Below are positions 50,248-60,840 of a stretch of DNA of 64,000 nucleotides, piece by piece (the stretch's first letter is position 1; each line of letters opens with the position of its first letter). A program made the position numbers and the translations under genes. Below the pieces are notes generated by a model that saw only the letters and a list, made by a program, of their open reading frames with translations, searched no databases and had not been told where the DNA came from. The DNA comes from an uncultured Chroococcidiopsis sp. Its GTDB lineage: Bacteria; Cyanobacteriota; Cyanobacteriia; Cyanobacteriales; Chroococcidiopsidaceae. Where the stretch lies: assembly GCA_964248365.1 (NCBI GenBank), contig CAXTYC010000015.1, positions 32,001 through 96,000 of the forward strand, read 5' to 3'.

Positions 50248-50698
50248 TAATCCTCACACCAACTTTAGAATCAAGCATTCAAAATTTATCAATTTCAAAT
50301 TGATTTTATTGTATTTTTCCCTACATTATGTTTATTGCTTGAATCTAATTTTATCGATTGTCAGGTGGGGGCAATCTTTATTAAATGTTTTTATTTATAA
50401 CTAAAAATATCTGGTCGAAATCGCCTCGACGAAACATTCATCTAAAAGATATAATAATTTAAGGTTATAACAATACTACAAAGATTATTTGTCAATTTTT
50501 TATACAACTTTTGACTATTAACTAATGACATGACTATCCCGATTGCTGTTTTGAGGCATAGTTCGTGTTTTTCAATTGCATTTGTTCTGAACCAGAATTA
50601 ATCCATTAAGCAACTAGCGACTACGGAACCTCAAACAATGCAGCTAATATCATAGTTGGGTGCTTATTAGTCTAAGGTTAGGTTCCAATGGTTTTTCT

Positions 50699-50740
50699 GT
50701 GTTAAACAATACAAAATATCCAGAAGTTTTGGGATACGGT
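50699..50740 (+). promoter_or_regulatory. Candidate class II NtcA-activated promoter of the xanthine permease
   Basis: GTG-TTAAACAA-TAC, then exactly 22 nt to TACGGT (TA-N3-T); GATACGGTATAC overlaps the -10. Confidence 0.5.
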
Positions 50741-50832
50741 ATACAAAACCTAATATTTAAGCCATCCTTGTATACCGTCAGAAAAATTCTAGAAGCATAA
50801 CGCAGATGGTTGCCGAACTTTGAGGATTAGTA

Positions 50833-52308
50833 ATGGCACACGTTGAAATTCATGGGGCAAGCTCGTCACATACTGCACCGCGCTCCAACCTGCTGTATGG
50901 ATTGAATGATAAACCGCCAATTAAAGAAGCGTTGTTTGTGGCAATGCAGCACGTTTGTGCAATTTTTATTCCCGTTGTCACACCAGGGTTGTTGATTACA
51001 GGAGCGTTAGGACTCGATCCAGCTCCTGCAAGCTACATTCTGGGGATGTCTTTGTTTGTTTCTGGGGTGGGTACGTTCATTCAGGTGAACCGATTAGGAC
51101 CGATTGGTTCTGGTTTGCTCGCCGTTCAGGGAACTAGTTTTGCATTTGTCACGCCGATTCTTGCGGTTGTGACAAACTCTTTGGCAGCAGGCAAAACGCC
51201 TGAAGCAACGCTGTCATTAATTCTCGGAATGTGCTTTTTCGGATCGTTTATTCCCATCATCCTCAGTCGCTTTTTGCATCTCACCCGCAAGATCTTTACT
51301 CCCCTGGTGACAGGTACTGCCGTAACGTTGATTGGATTGTGTTTGATCAAGGTGGGAATGTTCTACATGGCAGGAGGTGGCAAGGCGCAGGCGATCGCCG
51401 CAAAGAATCCTGAAAGTCCTCAAGCATTTGGCAGTTTGCACAATTGGGGGTTGGCAGTTTTGGTGTTTGCGATCGTCGGAGTTTGCAGCGCCAATTCTAA
51501 CAGGTTTTTACGGATGAGTTCGGTAATTATCGGCTTGTTCGTTGGCTTTGTCATCTCTATCTTTTTAGGGATTGCAGATTTCAGCAAGCTGGGTACTTTG
51601 CCGCTAGTCAATCTTCCGATTCCATTCCGATTTGGTTTAGGTTTCGATTTAGTGACTTTTATTTCCTTTGCCGTAATTTACATCGCTTTGACGCTGGAAG
51701 TATTGGGAGACATTACAGCAACATCAATGGTGTCAGGAGAACCAATCGAAGGCAGTACATACATTCGCAGACTCAAAGGCGGTATCTTGGGTGATGGTGT
51801 AAATTCACTAATTGCTTCTATCTGCGGTTCCTTCCCCATCGTCACTCCAGCACAAAACAACGGCATCATTCAACTAACGGGAGTTGGTAGCCGCTATGTC
51901 GGCTATTACATTGCCGCAATCCTAGCATTCCTGGGGCTATTTCCCCTTGTCGGTGGCGTGTTGCTAGCAATCCCCACACCTGTGTTTGGTGGTGCGGTGA
52001 TGCTGATGTTTGGCACGGTTGCTGTGGCGGGATTTAACATCTTACGCGAAGTCCAAATGGATAATCGCTCGTTTGTTATTCTGGCAGTTTCCCTAGCTGC
52101 TGGTTTGGGCGTTACTTTTTTGCCTGAAGCACTCGAACACTTCCCTAGTGGAGTTAAAAGCGTACTTGAGTCTGGAATTGCCACAGGCTCTATTTGTGCC
52201 TTAGTCTTAAACATGATAATGCCCAAACCCAAGCAGTCAGAGGTAGCGCCGACATCTGCCGAAGAAACAGTTGTTGTAAGACCTACTGCACCTGTGGAAT
52301 CAGAATAG
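50833..52308 (+). CDS. NCS2 xanthine/uric acid permease
   Basis: MQH in TM1, QGTSFAF, NAT signature AQNNGIIQLTG. Confidence 0.92.
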   Translation: MAHVEIHGASSSHTAPRSNLLYGLNDKPPIKEALFVAMQHVCAIFIPVVTPGLLITGALGLDPAPASYILGMSLFVSGVGTFIQVNRLGPIGSGLLAVQGTSFAFVTPILAVVTNSLAAGKTPEATLSLILGMCFFGSFIPIILSRFLHLTRKIFTPLVTGTAVTLIGLCLIKVGMFYMAGGGKAQAIAAKNPESPQAFGSLHNWGLAVLVFAIVGVCSANSNRFLRMSSVIIGLFVGFVISIFLGIADFSKLGTLPLVNLPIPFRFGLGFDLVTFISFAVIYIALTLEVLGDITATSMVSGEPIEGSTYIRRLKGGILGDGVNSLIASICGSFPIVTPAQNNGIIQLTGVGSRYVGYYIAAILAFLGLFPLVGGVLLAIPTPVFGGAVMLMFGTVAVAGFNILREVQMDNRSFVILAVSLAAGLGVTFLPEALEHFPSGVKSVLESGIATGSICALVLNMIMPKPKQSEVAPTSAEETVVVRPTAPVESE

Positions 52309-52350
52309 TAATGGTAACTGGTAACTGGTACTACCAACTACCAAAAACAA

Positions 52351-52623
52351 TTAATTCATCAGTGTCCAGAGTTGTTGCCAAGTATCATTGTCATTCTCAG
52401 GAACCAAACAATCGCGTTCCCAACACCGTTGTATATATTCAACTTGTTGCTCGTACACTAGCTCTTGTGTAAGCGCGACAATTAATACTCGCCAGACTCG
52501 ATCTATTCCAAGTGAAAACGTTTTACGAGCAGATGGTTCTGATATTGAATTGGGAATCAATTCTAATTCTCTGTAGTTCTCCCACAAAGATTTTTCGTTT
52601 ATATTGCGATGTAAAGATTTCAT
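52351..52623 (-). CDS. Hypothetical 90-aa protein under glutamine riboswitch control
   Basis: ATG with GAGG upstream, ~33 nt after the glnA motif. Confidence 0.7.
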   Translation of the reverse strand: MKSLHRNINEKSLWENYRELELIPNSISEPSARKTFSLGIDRVWRVLIVALTQELVYEQQVEYIQRCWERDCLVPENDNDTWQQLWTLMN

Positions 52624-52656
52624 GGGAATTGCCTCTTATTATTTGTCTAGTGATGA

Positions 52657-52742
52657 GGCGCGTTCCTTCGGGCATGAGCCTACTTCCGTCTCTTGCTGGC
52701 TGGCAAATTGATTACAACCGCTCCAGATAAGAGATGAACGAT
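52657..52742 (-). ncRNA. Glutamine riboswitch (glnA RNA motif)
   Basis: Minus strand ATCGTTCATCTCTT...AAGAGACGGAAGTAGGCTCATGCCCGAAGGAACGCGCC matches the glnA motif conserved blocks. Confidence 0.88.
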
Positions 52743-52851
52743 TGAATTTTTTCTGTAATCTCATATACATTATAGCATAAATTTTAGAAATTGTCAGGCG
52801 ATCCCACCACTTAAAAACATGAAAAACACTGAATAACAAAAGGAAAAGGAT

Positions 52852-54012
52852 ATGTACGATTTGAAAATAGTAATTATTGGTGCTGGCATTGGTGGTTTAA
52901 CAGCAGGCATTGCTTTGCAGATGGCTGGGTACGAAGTAGAGATTTACGACAGAGTGAGGGAATTGCGCCCAGCTGGGGCTGGTATTTCTCTGTGGTCGAA
53001 CGGGGTAAAAGTGCTGAATCGGTTGGGATTGGGCGAAAAGATGGCGAACATTGGGGGGCTGATGGATCGAATGCAATACCGCAGCCTCGCAGGTGAGCTA
53101 CTCAACGATATCGATTTATATCCATTGATAGAGGAAGTGGGGCAACGCCCTTACCCAGTTGCTCGGACTGACTTGCAACAAATGCTACAAGATGCATTTC
53201 CAGGCGAGGTGAAGCTTAACCATAAGTGCATTGCAGTTGAGCAAGATGAAAAGAGTGTTACGGCAATATTTGAGAACGGACATATTGCGAGGGGAGATTT
53301 GTTAATTGCGGCAGATGGAGTGCGATCGCGTGGGCGACAATATGTATTGGGAAGGGAATTATTACCCAATTACGGCGGTTACGTCAACTGGAATGGATTA
53401 GTACCAGCTAGCGTTGATTTAGCACCAAAGAATACATGGGTAATTTATGTTGGCAAACATCAACGTGCTTCGATGATGCCTGTAGCAGGCGATCGCTTCT
53501 ATTTCTTTTTCGATGTACCATTACCCAAAGGCACACCATCCCAGCCCGAAGACTACCGCGCAGACTTGAGCGAACACTTTCAAGGTTGGGCAAAACCCGT
53601 GCAGACACTAATTGAGCGACTCGATCCTTACCTTACTAACCGCGTAGAAATTCACGACGTTGGACCAATCGATCGCATGGTGCGCGGTAGAGTTGCTTTG
53701 TTAGGAGATTCTGCCCATGCAACTTGTCCAGATTTGGGACAAGGCGGCTGTCAAGCAATGGAAGATGGACTCGTACTCACCCAATATCTTCAGACTACAA
53801 ACCTGGGTGTTGAATACGCCCTTCAACGCTACGAAGCAGAACGCAAAGAACGAACAAGCGCAATCGTTCAAAAAGCTCGCAAACGCGCAGAGATGATTCA
53901 CGGTAAAGATCCCCAAATCACTCAAAAGTGGTATCAGCAACTCGCCCAAGAAGATCCATCCGACGTAACAAGTGCTATTTCTAAGATTATCCTCGCAGGA
54001 CCGTTACACTAA
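52852..54012 (+). CDS. hpxO: FAD-dependent urate hydroxylase
   Basis: GAGIGG, AGISLWSNG, YVNWNG, GDSAH..CPDLGQGGCQAMED; next to uraH. Confidence 0.9.
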   Translation: MYDLKIVIIGAGIGGLTAGIALQMAGYEVEIYDRVRELRPAGAGISLWSNGVKVLNRLGLGEKMANIGGLMDRMQYRSLAGELLNDIDLYPLIEEVGQRPYPVARTDLQQMLQDAFPGEVKLNHKCIAVEQDEKSVTAIFENGHIARGDLLIAADGVRSRGRQYVLGRELLPNYGGYVNWNGLVPASVDLAPKNTWVIYVGKHQRASMMPVAGDRFYFFFDVPLPKGTPSQPEDYRADLSEHFQGWAKPVQTLIERLDPYLTNRVEIHDVGPIDRMVRGRVALLGDSAHATCPDLGQGGCQAMEDGLVLTQYLQTTNLGVEYALQRYEAERKERTSAIVQKARKRAEMIHGKDPQITQKWYQQLAQEDPSDVTSAISKIILAGPLH

Positions 54013-54021
54013 GGCATAGTG

Positions 54022-54384
54022 ATGGCAGGAAAACTTACTACTCATGTCCTCGATACTGCTGGGGGGTGTCCAGCCGCTAATATGACTATAGAACTGTGGG
54101 CAGTGGATTCTCTTGCGCGAGAGAAAACACTACTGAAAACAGTCACGACAAACAGCGATGGGCGCACGGATACCCCCTTACTGGCAGATGATGAGATCGA
54201 GGTTGGTGTATACGAATTGGTATTTGCTGTTGGTGACTATTTTGCGAAATCAGCAGTAAGTACCACAAAACCACCTTTTCTTGATCGCGTACCGATTCAG
54301 TTTGGCATTGCCCATCCCAATTCCCATTATCATGTACCGTTGCTAGCTTCACCTTGGGCTTACAGCACTTATCGGGGAAGCTAA
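54022..54384 (+). CDS. uraH: 5-hydroxyisourate hydrolase
   Basis: LTTHVLD, TNSDGR, HYHVPLL, C-terminal YRGS. Confidence 0.95.
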   Translation: MAGKLTTHVLDTAGGCPAANMTIELWAVDSLAREKTLLKTVTTNSDGRTDTPLLADDEIEVGVYELVFAVGDYFAKSAVSTTKPPFLDRVPIQFGIAHPNSHYHVPLLASPWAYSTYRGS

Positions 54385-54521
54385 CTATCGTCATTAGTTA
54401 TTTGTCCTTAGTCCATAGTAACTACAAATGACTAATGACGTGGGACAAAGGACAGCCACACTGAAAGATTTTACAAATCCAAGTGGGTTGCTATAAATGT
54501 TGATATTTTTAAGTTTGCAGG

Positions 54522-55595
54522 TTAATGCAAGGCTTCTAAGTGGATACTATTTGTTTGAGGATCTTGCAACAAAGTCGCAGCAATATTGCTTTTGGTTTGC
54601 TCGACTTCGCCATGTGCTTTTAACAAAGCTGCGATTTTTTTACGCATGACTATTCCTGGTTTGTCTGTGAATATATGCTGCTCCCTGCTCAAGCTCAGCG
54701 GTACATCATAATCTGTCGTTTCTAGAATATGTTTGTCTTCTAATGTTACGGCGCGATCGAAGGCAATTACATCACTACTTTTTGTCTGTGCCTCTGTATC
54801 GTTGCGAATACAAAACTGCAGCATTTGCGAAGTTGAGTCATCGATTGGAGTCATTGTATTTACAATGATGTGAGTTAATCCGTTCGGGTAGCCAATTCGC
54901 AGTTTCACGGTAAAGGGCATAAACCAAGTCATGTCCAAAGTGCGGACGGTTTGTTTTTCCTTTATCTTCAAGTTCTGCTGTTGTAGTTCTGGATTGACGA
55001 CACCCAAAACACCATGTGCGTGCAATCCCCATTCAGTTTCGCTCACTTCCAGCACATCGGGGATGGAATGTTCTTCGCTACCAAATGTCTTAGTATGCAC
55101 GAAGGTGGGATGAGCTAGATCGAATTCATTTTCCATCACCCTTAACCCCGCACATTTCCAGGGTTCATAAAATTCATGGATCAGGCGATACTCAGGATCT
55201 GCCGCCTCAGCAATCCGGGGTATGTCAGTTAGCGGTTCTTCTAGGCAAACCCAGACATATCCATAGCGCTCGGTACAATGATATGCCTGTACCTGATAGC
55301 TGGCAGAAATTGCACCGTTTTTCAGTTGAGGTACATGAACACAGGTTCCATCGCCATTGAATTGCCAACCGTGATAGGCACAACAGATGTTGCCATTAAC
55401 TACTTTTCCAATTGAAAGTTGAGCAGAACGATGACAACATCGATCTCGAACAGCTGCTGGCTTGCCTGTCGAATCTAACCAAACAACAATTTTTTCACCT
55501 AATAATTCAAAAGGCTTTGGTCTATCGAGCAGTTCTGTAAATTGGATGACGGGATACCAGAACCGACGAAACACAGGTTGTTTTGTGACTAACAT
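54522..55595 (-). CDS. Rieske non-heme iron oxygenase (HpxD/NdmA-like purine oxygenase)
   Basis: DRCCHR...CAYHGW Rieske motif; ENEFDLAHPTFVH iron site. Confidence 0.85.
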   Translation of the reverse strand: MLVTKQPVFRRFWYPVIQFTELLDRPKPFELLGEKIVVWLDSTGKPAAVRDRCCHRSAQLSIGKVVNGNICCAYHGWQFNGDGTCVHVPQLKNGAISASYQVQAYHCTERYGYVWVCLEEPLTDIPRIAEAADPEYRLIHEFYEPWKCAGLRVMENEFDLAHPTFVHTKTFGSEEHSIPDVLEVSETEWGLHAHGVLGVVNPELQQQNLKIKEKQTVRTLDMTWFMPFTVKLRIGYPNGLTHIIVNTMTPIDDSTSQMLQFCIRNDTEAQTKSSDVIAFDRAVTLEDKHILETTDYDVPLSLSREQHIFTDKPGIVMRKKIAALLKAHGEVEQTKSNIAATLLQDPQTNSIHLEALH

Positions 55596-55779
55596 AACCT
55601 TAATTGAAGAGGACACAGGAAAAAAGTGGGAAAGTAAGCTGTCCTATTCTATTTGCCGTAATTATTGCATACTTTATACATCATAAATAGCAAAATTTTA
55701 ACTAAGTATTCTGTATATGTATTAACAGATATTTAATGAGATTGCTTTTACAGTTTAGAACTTTGAACAATTAGCTACT

Positions 55780-56390
<611 letters not shown>

Positions 56391-56425
56391 CTACTGGGTC
56401 TTTGAAACTAGAGAGACAATAAAAA

Positions 56426-57331
56426 ATGCCAAAGCCTTATCCCAGGGACATAGTTGGTTACGGGCGCAACCCGCCTCTTCCTAAGTGGCACAATCAAGCG
56501 CGGATTGCCGTGCAGTTTGTAATCAATTACGAAGAAGGGGGAGAAACCTGTATCCTGCATGGCGACCAGGCTTCGGAGACATTTTTATCAGAGATTGTTG
56601 GCGCGGAACCTCTAAGGGGGTTGCGACACATGAACATGGAATCTGTCTACGAATACGGTAGTCGGGCGGGCTTCTGGCGATTGCATCGGTTATTTACCTC
56701 GCGGGGTATTCCTGTGACAGTCTATGGTATAGCGATGGCGTTAGAGCGCAATCCAGAAGCAGTATCCGCTATGGTTGAGGCAGATTGGGAAATTGCCAGT
56801 CATGGCTGGCGTTGGATTGACTATAAGTATTTTGGTGAGGATGAAGAGCGAGAGCATCTACACAAAGCGATCGCTATCCACACCCAGGTAACAGGTAGTC
56901 GTCCTCTCGGTTGGTATACTGGACGCACTAGCCCTCATAGCCGTCGGCTAGTAGTAGAAGCAGGAGGCTTTCTCTACGATGCCGATAGCTACGCCGATGA
57001 TTTGCCCTACTGGGTGCATGACTACGGCAAACCCCATCTGGTGATTCCCTACACTCTTGACAATAATGATATGCGCTTCGCCACCACCCAAGGGTTTAAT
57101 TCTGGCGATCAGTTTTTTACTTACCTGCGAGATGCCTTTGATGTCCTCTATGCCGAGGGTGAAATCACACCCAAGATGATGAGTGTGGGGCTACACTGTC
57201 GCTTAGCAGGTAGACCAGGACGAGCCGCTTCCCTAGCGCGTTTTCTAGACTACGTACAGCAACATGAGCGAGTTTGGCTATGTCGTCGAATTGACATTGC
57301 TCGTCATTGGCATAAGCATCATCAGCCGTGA
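56426..57331 (+). CDS. puuE: Allantoinase PuuE (polysaccharide deacetylase fold)
   Basis: YPRDIVGYG, NYEEGGE, YEYGSRAGFWR, HGWRW, GWYTGR, GLHCRL.GRPGR. Confidence 0.93.
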   Translation: MPKPYPRDIVGYGRNPPLPKWHNQARIAVQFVINYEEGGETCILHGDQASETFLSEIVGAEPLRGLRHMNMESVYEYGSRAGFWRLHRLFTSRGIPVTVYGIAMALERNPEAVSAMVEADWEIASHGWRWIDYKYFGEDEEREHLHKAIAIHTQVTGSRPLGWYTGRTSPHSRRLVVEAGGFLYDADSYADDLPYWVHDYGKPHLVIPYTLDNNDMRFATTQGFNSGDQFFTYLRDAFDVLYAEGEITPKMMSVGLHCRLAGRPGRAASLARFLDYVQQHERVWLCRRIDIARHWHKHHQP

Positions 57332-57487
57332 TCTCGTTGTGTGTTTAGATAGTACTCGTTATGGCAGCAGGGGGGCAGAGGGGCAAAGGGGCAGAGGAGC
57401 CACTTGCGTGCGGGGGTTCCCCCCGCAGGGGCAAAGTGGCGTGGGCAGAGGGGCAGACTAGCCTAAGCGCCTCTAGCTATAGCGCCC

Positions 57488-58831
57488 CTAGCCTCTATAC
57501 TGAATGCGGTAAATCCTATTATTAGCTTCCTCTGTAAATAATAAACTGCCGTCGGGCAATACAAGTAAACCAACTGGTCTACCCCAGGTAGTGGGAACAG
57601 ATGGATCTAGGAGAAATCCTGTGAGAAAATCTTCGTAGTAGCCTTGAGGTCGCCCGTTTGAGTTGAAGGGAACAAAAACAATTTTATAACCAGTGCCGCG
57701 ATCGCGGTTCCAAGAACCACGAAAAGCCACAAATGCCCCGTTTCGATATTTTTCAGGAAAGGTTTTACCGTCGTAAAATTGAAGCCCCAGCGCAGCTGAA
57801 TGCGCTTGGAACAAAACATCTGGTGTTTTGGTTTTGGCTACCAAATCAGGGCGTTTACTCTTGCCGTTTTGTGTCTGGCGCGGATCTAATTTATTTGGTG
57901 TTAAGTAAGCATAGGGCCAGCCGTAGAATTCTCCCTGTTGTAGGCGAGTTAGATAGTCTGGCACTAAATCATCACCAATTTGATCTCGTTCGTTCACCGT
58001 TGCATACAATTGTTTCGTGGTAGGGTGAAAATCTAAACCAACTGGATTACGCAAACCAAAGGCAAAGGTTTGTTGGTTTGAACCGTCCAGATTCATTACC
58101 TGAACTGAAGCACGGGGAAGCGGTTCTTCATCAACATTTGATTTGGAACCAACCGACACATATAACTTCTGCCCATCAGGTGAAGCAACAACATTGCGCG
58201 TCCAATGTTGGTTGTAGCCACCACCAGGAAGAGCGGCAATTTTTTTACCCGTACCTGTGAGTTGCTGTTGACCTTTAGTATAGGGAAACCGCAATACAGC
58301 ATCTGTGTTGCCAAGGAAAAAAGAATTCCCACTAAAAGCCATACCAAAGGGAATATTCAGCCCATTTTTAGCACTAGCAAAGGTTTGACTCACATCTGCC
58401 ACACCATCGCCATTGGTGTCGCGCAGTAAGCGAATTCGATTTTGTCTGGTTTGTGTTACCAGTACATCACCACTGGGAGTAAGAGCAAGCCAACGCGGGG
58501 CATCTAAATCTTCAGCATAGACGTTGACTGTGAAGCCTTTCGGTACACGCAAAGTTGGGTTTTGTGGAATGGGGATGGCATCGGGAGGTTTAGACGCGCT
58601 TTCGCTAGCAAAGGGTGCTGGTAAATCAGTTGCTTTAATGCGGATAGGTGTCGGTGATAGCGCCTCTGTTGGCACTATATTTTTGGGTTGTGCGGGGGCG
58701 GATTGGGGCGAATTGCTTGCATAGAGTTGCGTTACAGTAGTTTTCGTTTGCTCATCGAGTGCGGCGCGAGTCGAGTCACAGCCAGATGAAAAAAGCAGCA
58801 GTAGCAGCAGCAACAAACGGAGTGAATTCAT
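57488..58831 (-). CDS. Sorbosone dehydrogenase-family (PQQ-dependent sugar dehydrogenase-like) lipoprotein
   Basis: Lipobox-like SSGC, HWTRN, GLRNPVG, VNERD..GDDLVPDY, GSWNR, GRPVG. Confidence 0.88.
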   Translation of the reverse strand: MNSLRLLLLLLLLFSSGCDSTRAALDEQTKTTVTQLYASNSPQSAPAQPKNIVPTEALSPTPIRIKATDLPAPFASESASKPPDAIPIPQNPTLRVPKGFTVNVYAEDLDAPRWLALTPSGDVLVTQTRQNRIRLLRDTNGDGVADVSQTFASAKNGLNIPFGMAFSGNSFFLGNTDAVLRFPYTKGQQQLTGTGKKIAALPGGGYNQHWTRNVVASPDGQKLYVSVGSKSNVDEEPLPRASVQVMNLDGSNQQTFAFGLRNPVGLDFHPTTKQLYATVNERDQIGDDLVPDYLTRLQQGEFYGWPYAYLTPNKLDPRQTQNGKSKRPDLVAKTKTPDVLFQAHSAALGLQFYDGKTFPEKYRNGAFVAFRGSWNRDRGTGYKIVFVPFNSNGRPQGYYEDFLTGFLLDPSVPTTWGRPVGLLVLPDGSLLFTEEANNRIYRIQYRG

Positions 58832-58974
58832 GGTTTTTGGAGGGGCTAGGGGCTAGAGGTGAGTGGGAGAGGGGGAACTCGATATTCCCCTCTGGGGATA
58901 AGGGGGCAAGGGGGAGAGGGGGAGAAAATACCTTTACCCTTTACCCTTTCCCCTTTACCCTTTCTTCTTACTTT

Positions 58975-59330
58975 CTATTTAACCGGGCGAAATTGATAAG
59001 GCTCGTCTTTCGCCCCCCATATCTGTTCACCAGCAGCATCAAAGCCGCGATCTTGGGTGTCCATCCCTGCTTGATGCAATACAATATGATTTGTGATTCT
59101 CGTTGCACCTTTCCAATCACTTGGACAACCACCTGCTTTTGTCTCACCTACATATTTATCAACTTGACGTTGCAAGAACACACTACAGGTGGATTTACCA
59201 ACTTCACTAATTCTCACGACACGCTCTGCTTCTGGCTTAGCACATAAGCCAATCCAAGCTTTTGGAGTTGGGGGTTTAAATACAGCTGATTCTACACTGC
59301 GTCCATCTGCACTAGTTGGCTTGCAAAAAA
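58975..59330 (-). pseudogene. 5'-truncated CpcT/CpeT-family chromophore lyase
   Basis: SADGRSVESAVFKP..WIGLC..CSVFL..GCPSDWKGATRITN..MDTQDRGFDAAGEQIWGA..YQFR is a CpcT/CpeT C-terminal half; the N-terminal half is missing. Confidence 0.7.
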
Positions 59331-59332
59331 CA

Positions 59333-60697
59333 TTATTTGTTGATTGCATTTACTTTTTTAGCATGAGTAATAATTACATTTACTGTCGTATCTTTGTCAT
59401 AAACACTATACCAACCTTGTTGCTCATGGGGAGGATCGCCTATAAAAGTATCTCCTACTTTCCAATTTGAACCATAAGGCTTTTTCGGTCTGCCTTCTCC
59501 TGCCCAAGCCCAGAAATTTACTCCCACAACAGGGTTTTTATCTTTAATTGATTGCTCAACTTTATCAAAGACCGCTCGGTAATAAATATCTCTGTATTTT
59601 GTAGATTTAGCAGGATCAAAGCTACCCGAATCTCTGGCAATCCCAAACTCTTCTAATACAAGTGGCTTATTAAGCTGTTTCGCTTTCTTCACATGGTCAT
59701 CAAAATATTCTATCATTTTTTTCTGGGCAGATTCATAAGTGCTGTCTTGTTTTGATGGGTCGTACCAGCCCCAATTTTGTATCCAAATGTGCATGGTAGT
59801 ATAGTCGATATTTTTCCCATCATGATTTTTAATAAAGTCCATACCAGCATCTTTATACGGCGTTTCACCTTCAGAACCCGTAGTTACAAGATGATTTCTA
59901 TCTAATGATTTAATATAATCCGCAGTCTCATCTATCCATTGATTAAACGCCTCAACATTATTAACTCCCCTGGGCTCATTGGCAAGCTCCCAAGCCATGA
60001 TTGTCGGATCATCTTTATAAGCAATATTGCTATATTTATTCGTTCTACTAATAATGAATTTCAACAAATTATTAAAATCTTCTTTAGCTGCCCCCTTCGA
60101 GTAAAATTTCGCAGTATACTTTTGATAAGTATCCCAGCTACCACCAGGTTGAGGAGGAGGATAGGGGATAGATTCTTGAGAATGCCATTGAATATATTGT
60201 GCCATTCCTCCAGACCAGTGCCAAAAATTATTTAGGCATACAACGGCATACATATTTCTTTTACCCATTTCATAAAGTAGGAAATCTAAAGCATCTAAGA
60301 CTTCTTGGTTATATACACCTGGAGACTTTTGTAAAGCAGGTTTCATGCGCCAAGGCTCGGTATCTGGACCTTCACTGGCAGCCATAATCCTGAGATTTGT
60401 GATTCCCATTGATTTCAATTTGTCTAATTCTCGAAGCAATCTTTTTCTATCACCTCCGGTTCCTTTTGAGCCAAGGTTTAAGCCGTACCAAAAATTAGTA
60501 CCAACGAAATAATAAGGTTTTCCATTTACTTCAAATCTTGTGCCGTTTACTCTTACAAAGTTATCTTGCCTTTGATTTGTATTACCTAAACTAACAGTAA
60601 TCGCCAGAAATAAAAAAATAAATCCTGCTGATGGGAATAAAAATTTTTTGTAACTGTTAGCAAATAAAGCTTTGATCTGATTGAGATGGAAAACCAT
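59333..60697 (-). CDS. GH5 endo-1,4-beta-mannanase
   Basis: FVGTNFWY, NNFWHWSGGM, acid/base AWELANEPR, nucleophile VLEEFG, FWAW, GDPPHE. Confidence 0.88.
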   Translation of the reverse strand: MVFHLNQIKALFANSYKKFLFPSAGFIFLFLAITVSLGNTNQRQDNFVRVNGTRFEVNGKPYYFVGTNFWYGLNLGSKGTGGDRKRLLRELDKLKSMGITNLRIMAASEGPDTEPWRMKPALQKSPGVYNQEVLDALDFLLYEMGKRNMYAVVCLNNFWHWSGGMAQYIQWHSQESIPYPPPQPGGSWDTYQKYTAKFYSKGAAKEDFNNLLKFIISRTNKYSNIAYKDDPTIMAWELANEPRGVNNVEAFNQWIDETADYIKSLDRNHLVTTGSEGETPYKDAGMDFIKNHDGKNIDYTTMHIWIQNWGWYDPSKQDSTYESAQKKMIEYFDDHVKKAKQLNKPLVLEEFGIARDSGSFDPAKSTKYRDIYYRAVFDKVEQSIKDKNPVVGVNFWAWAGEGRPKKPYGSNWKVGDTFIGDPPHEQQGWYSVYDKDTTVNVIITHAKKVNAINK

Positions 60698-60840
60698 AGG
60701 GTCTGATTGCAATCCTTACTTTTGAGTTGCCCATTACTAGGCAAAGTCTAGTTTATCTCGTTACTAGGCTCAGCCTGATAACGAGAATAATAGCAATTAT
60801 TTAAGAATCCAAAATCTAAAATTTAAAATCTAAAATCAGA

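Noticed and set aside
58759..59247. 162-aa plus-strand ORF
   Set aside because: Built from STRR repeats and the antisense of the cpcT/cpeT remnant; no protein-like motifs
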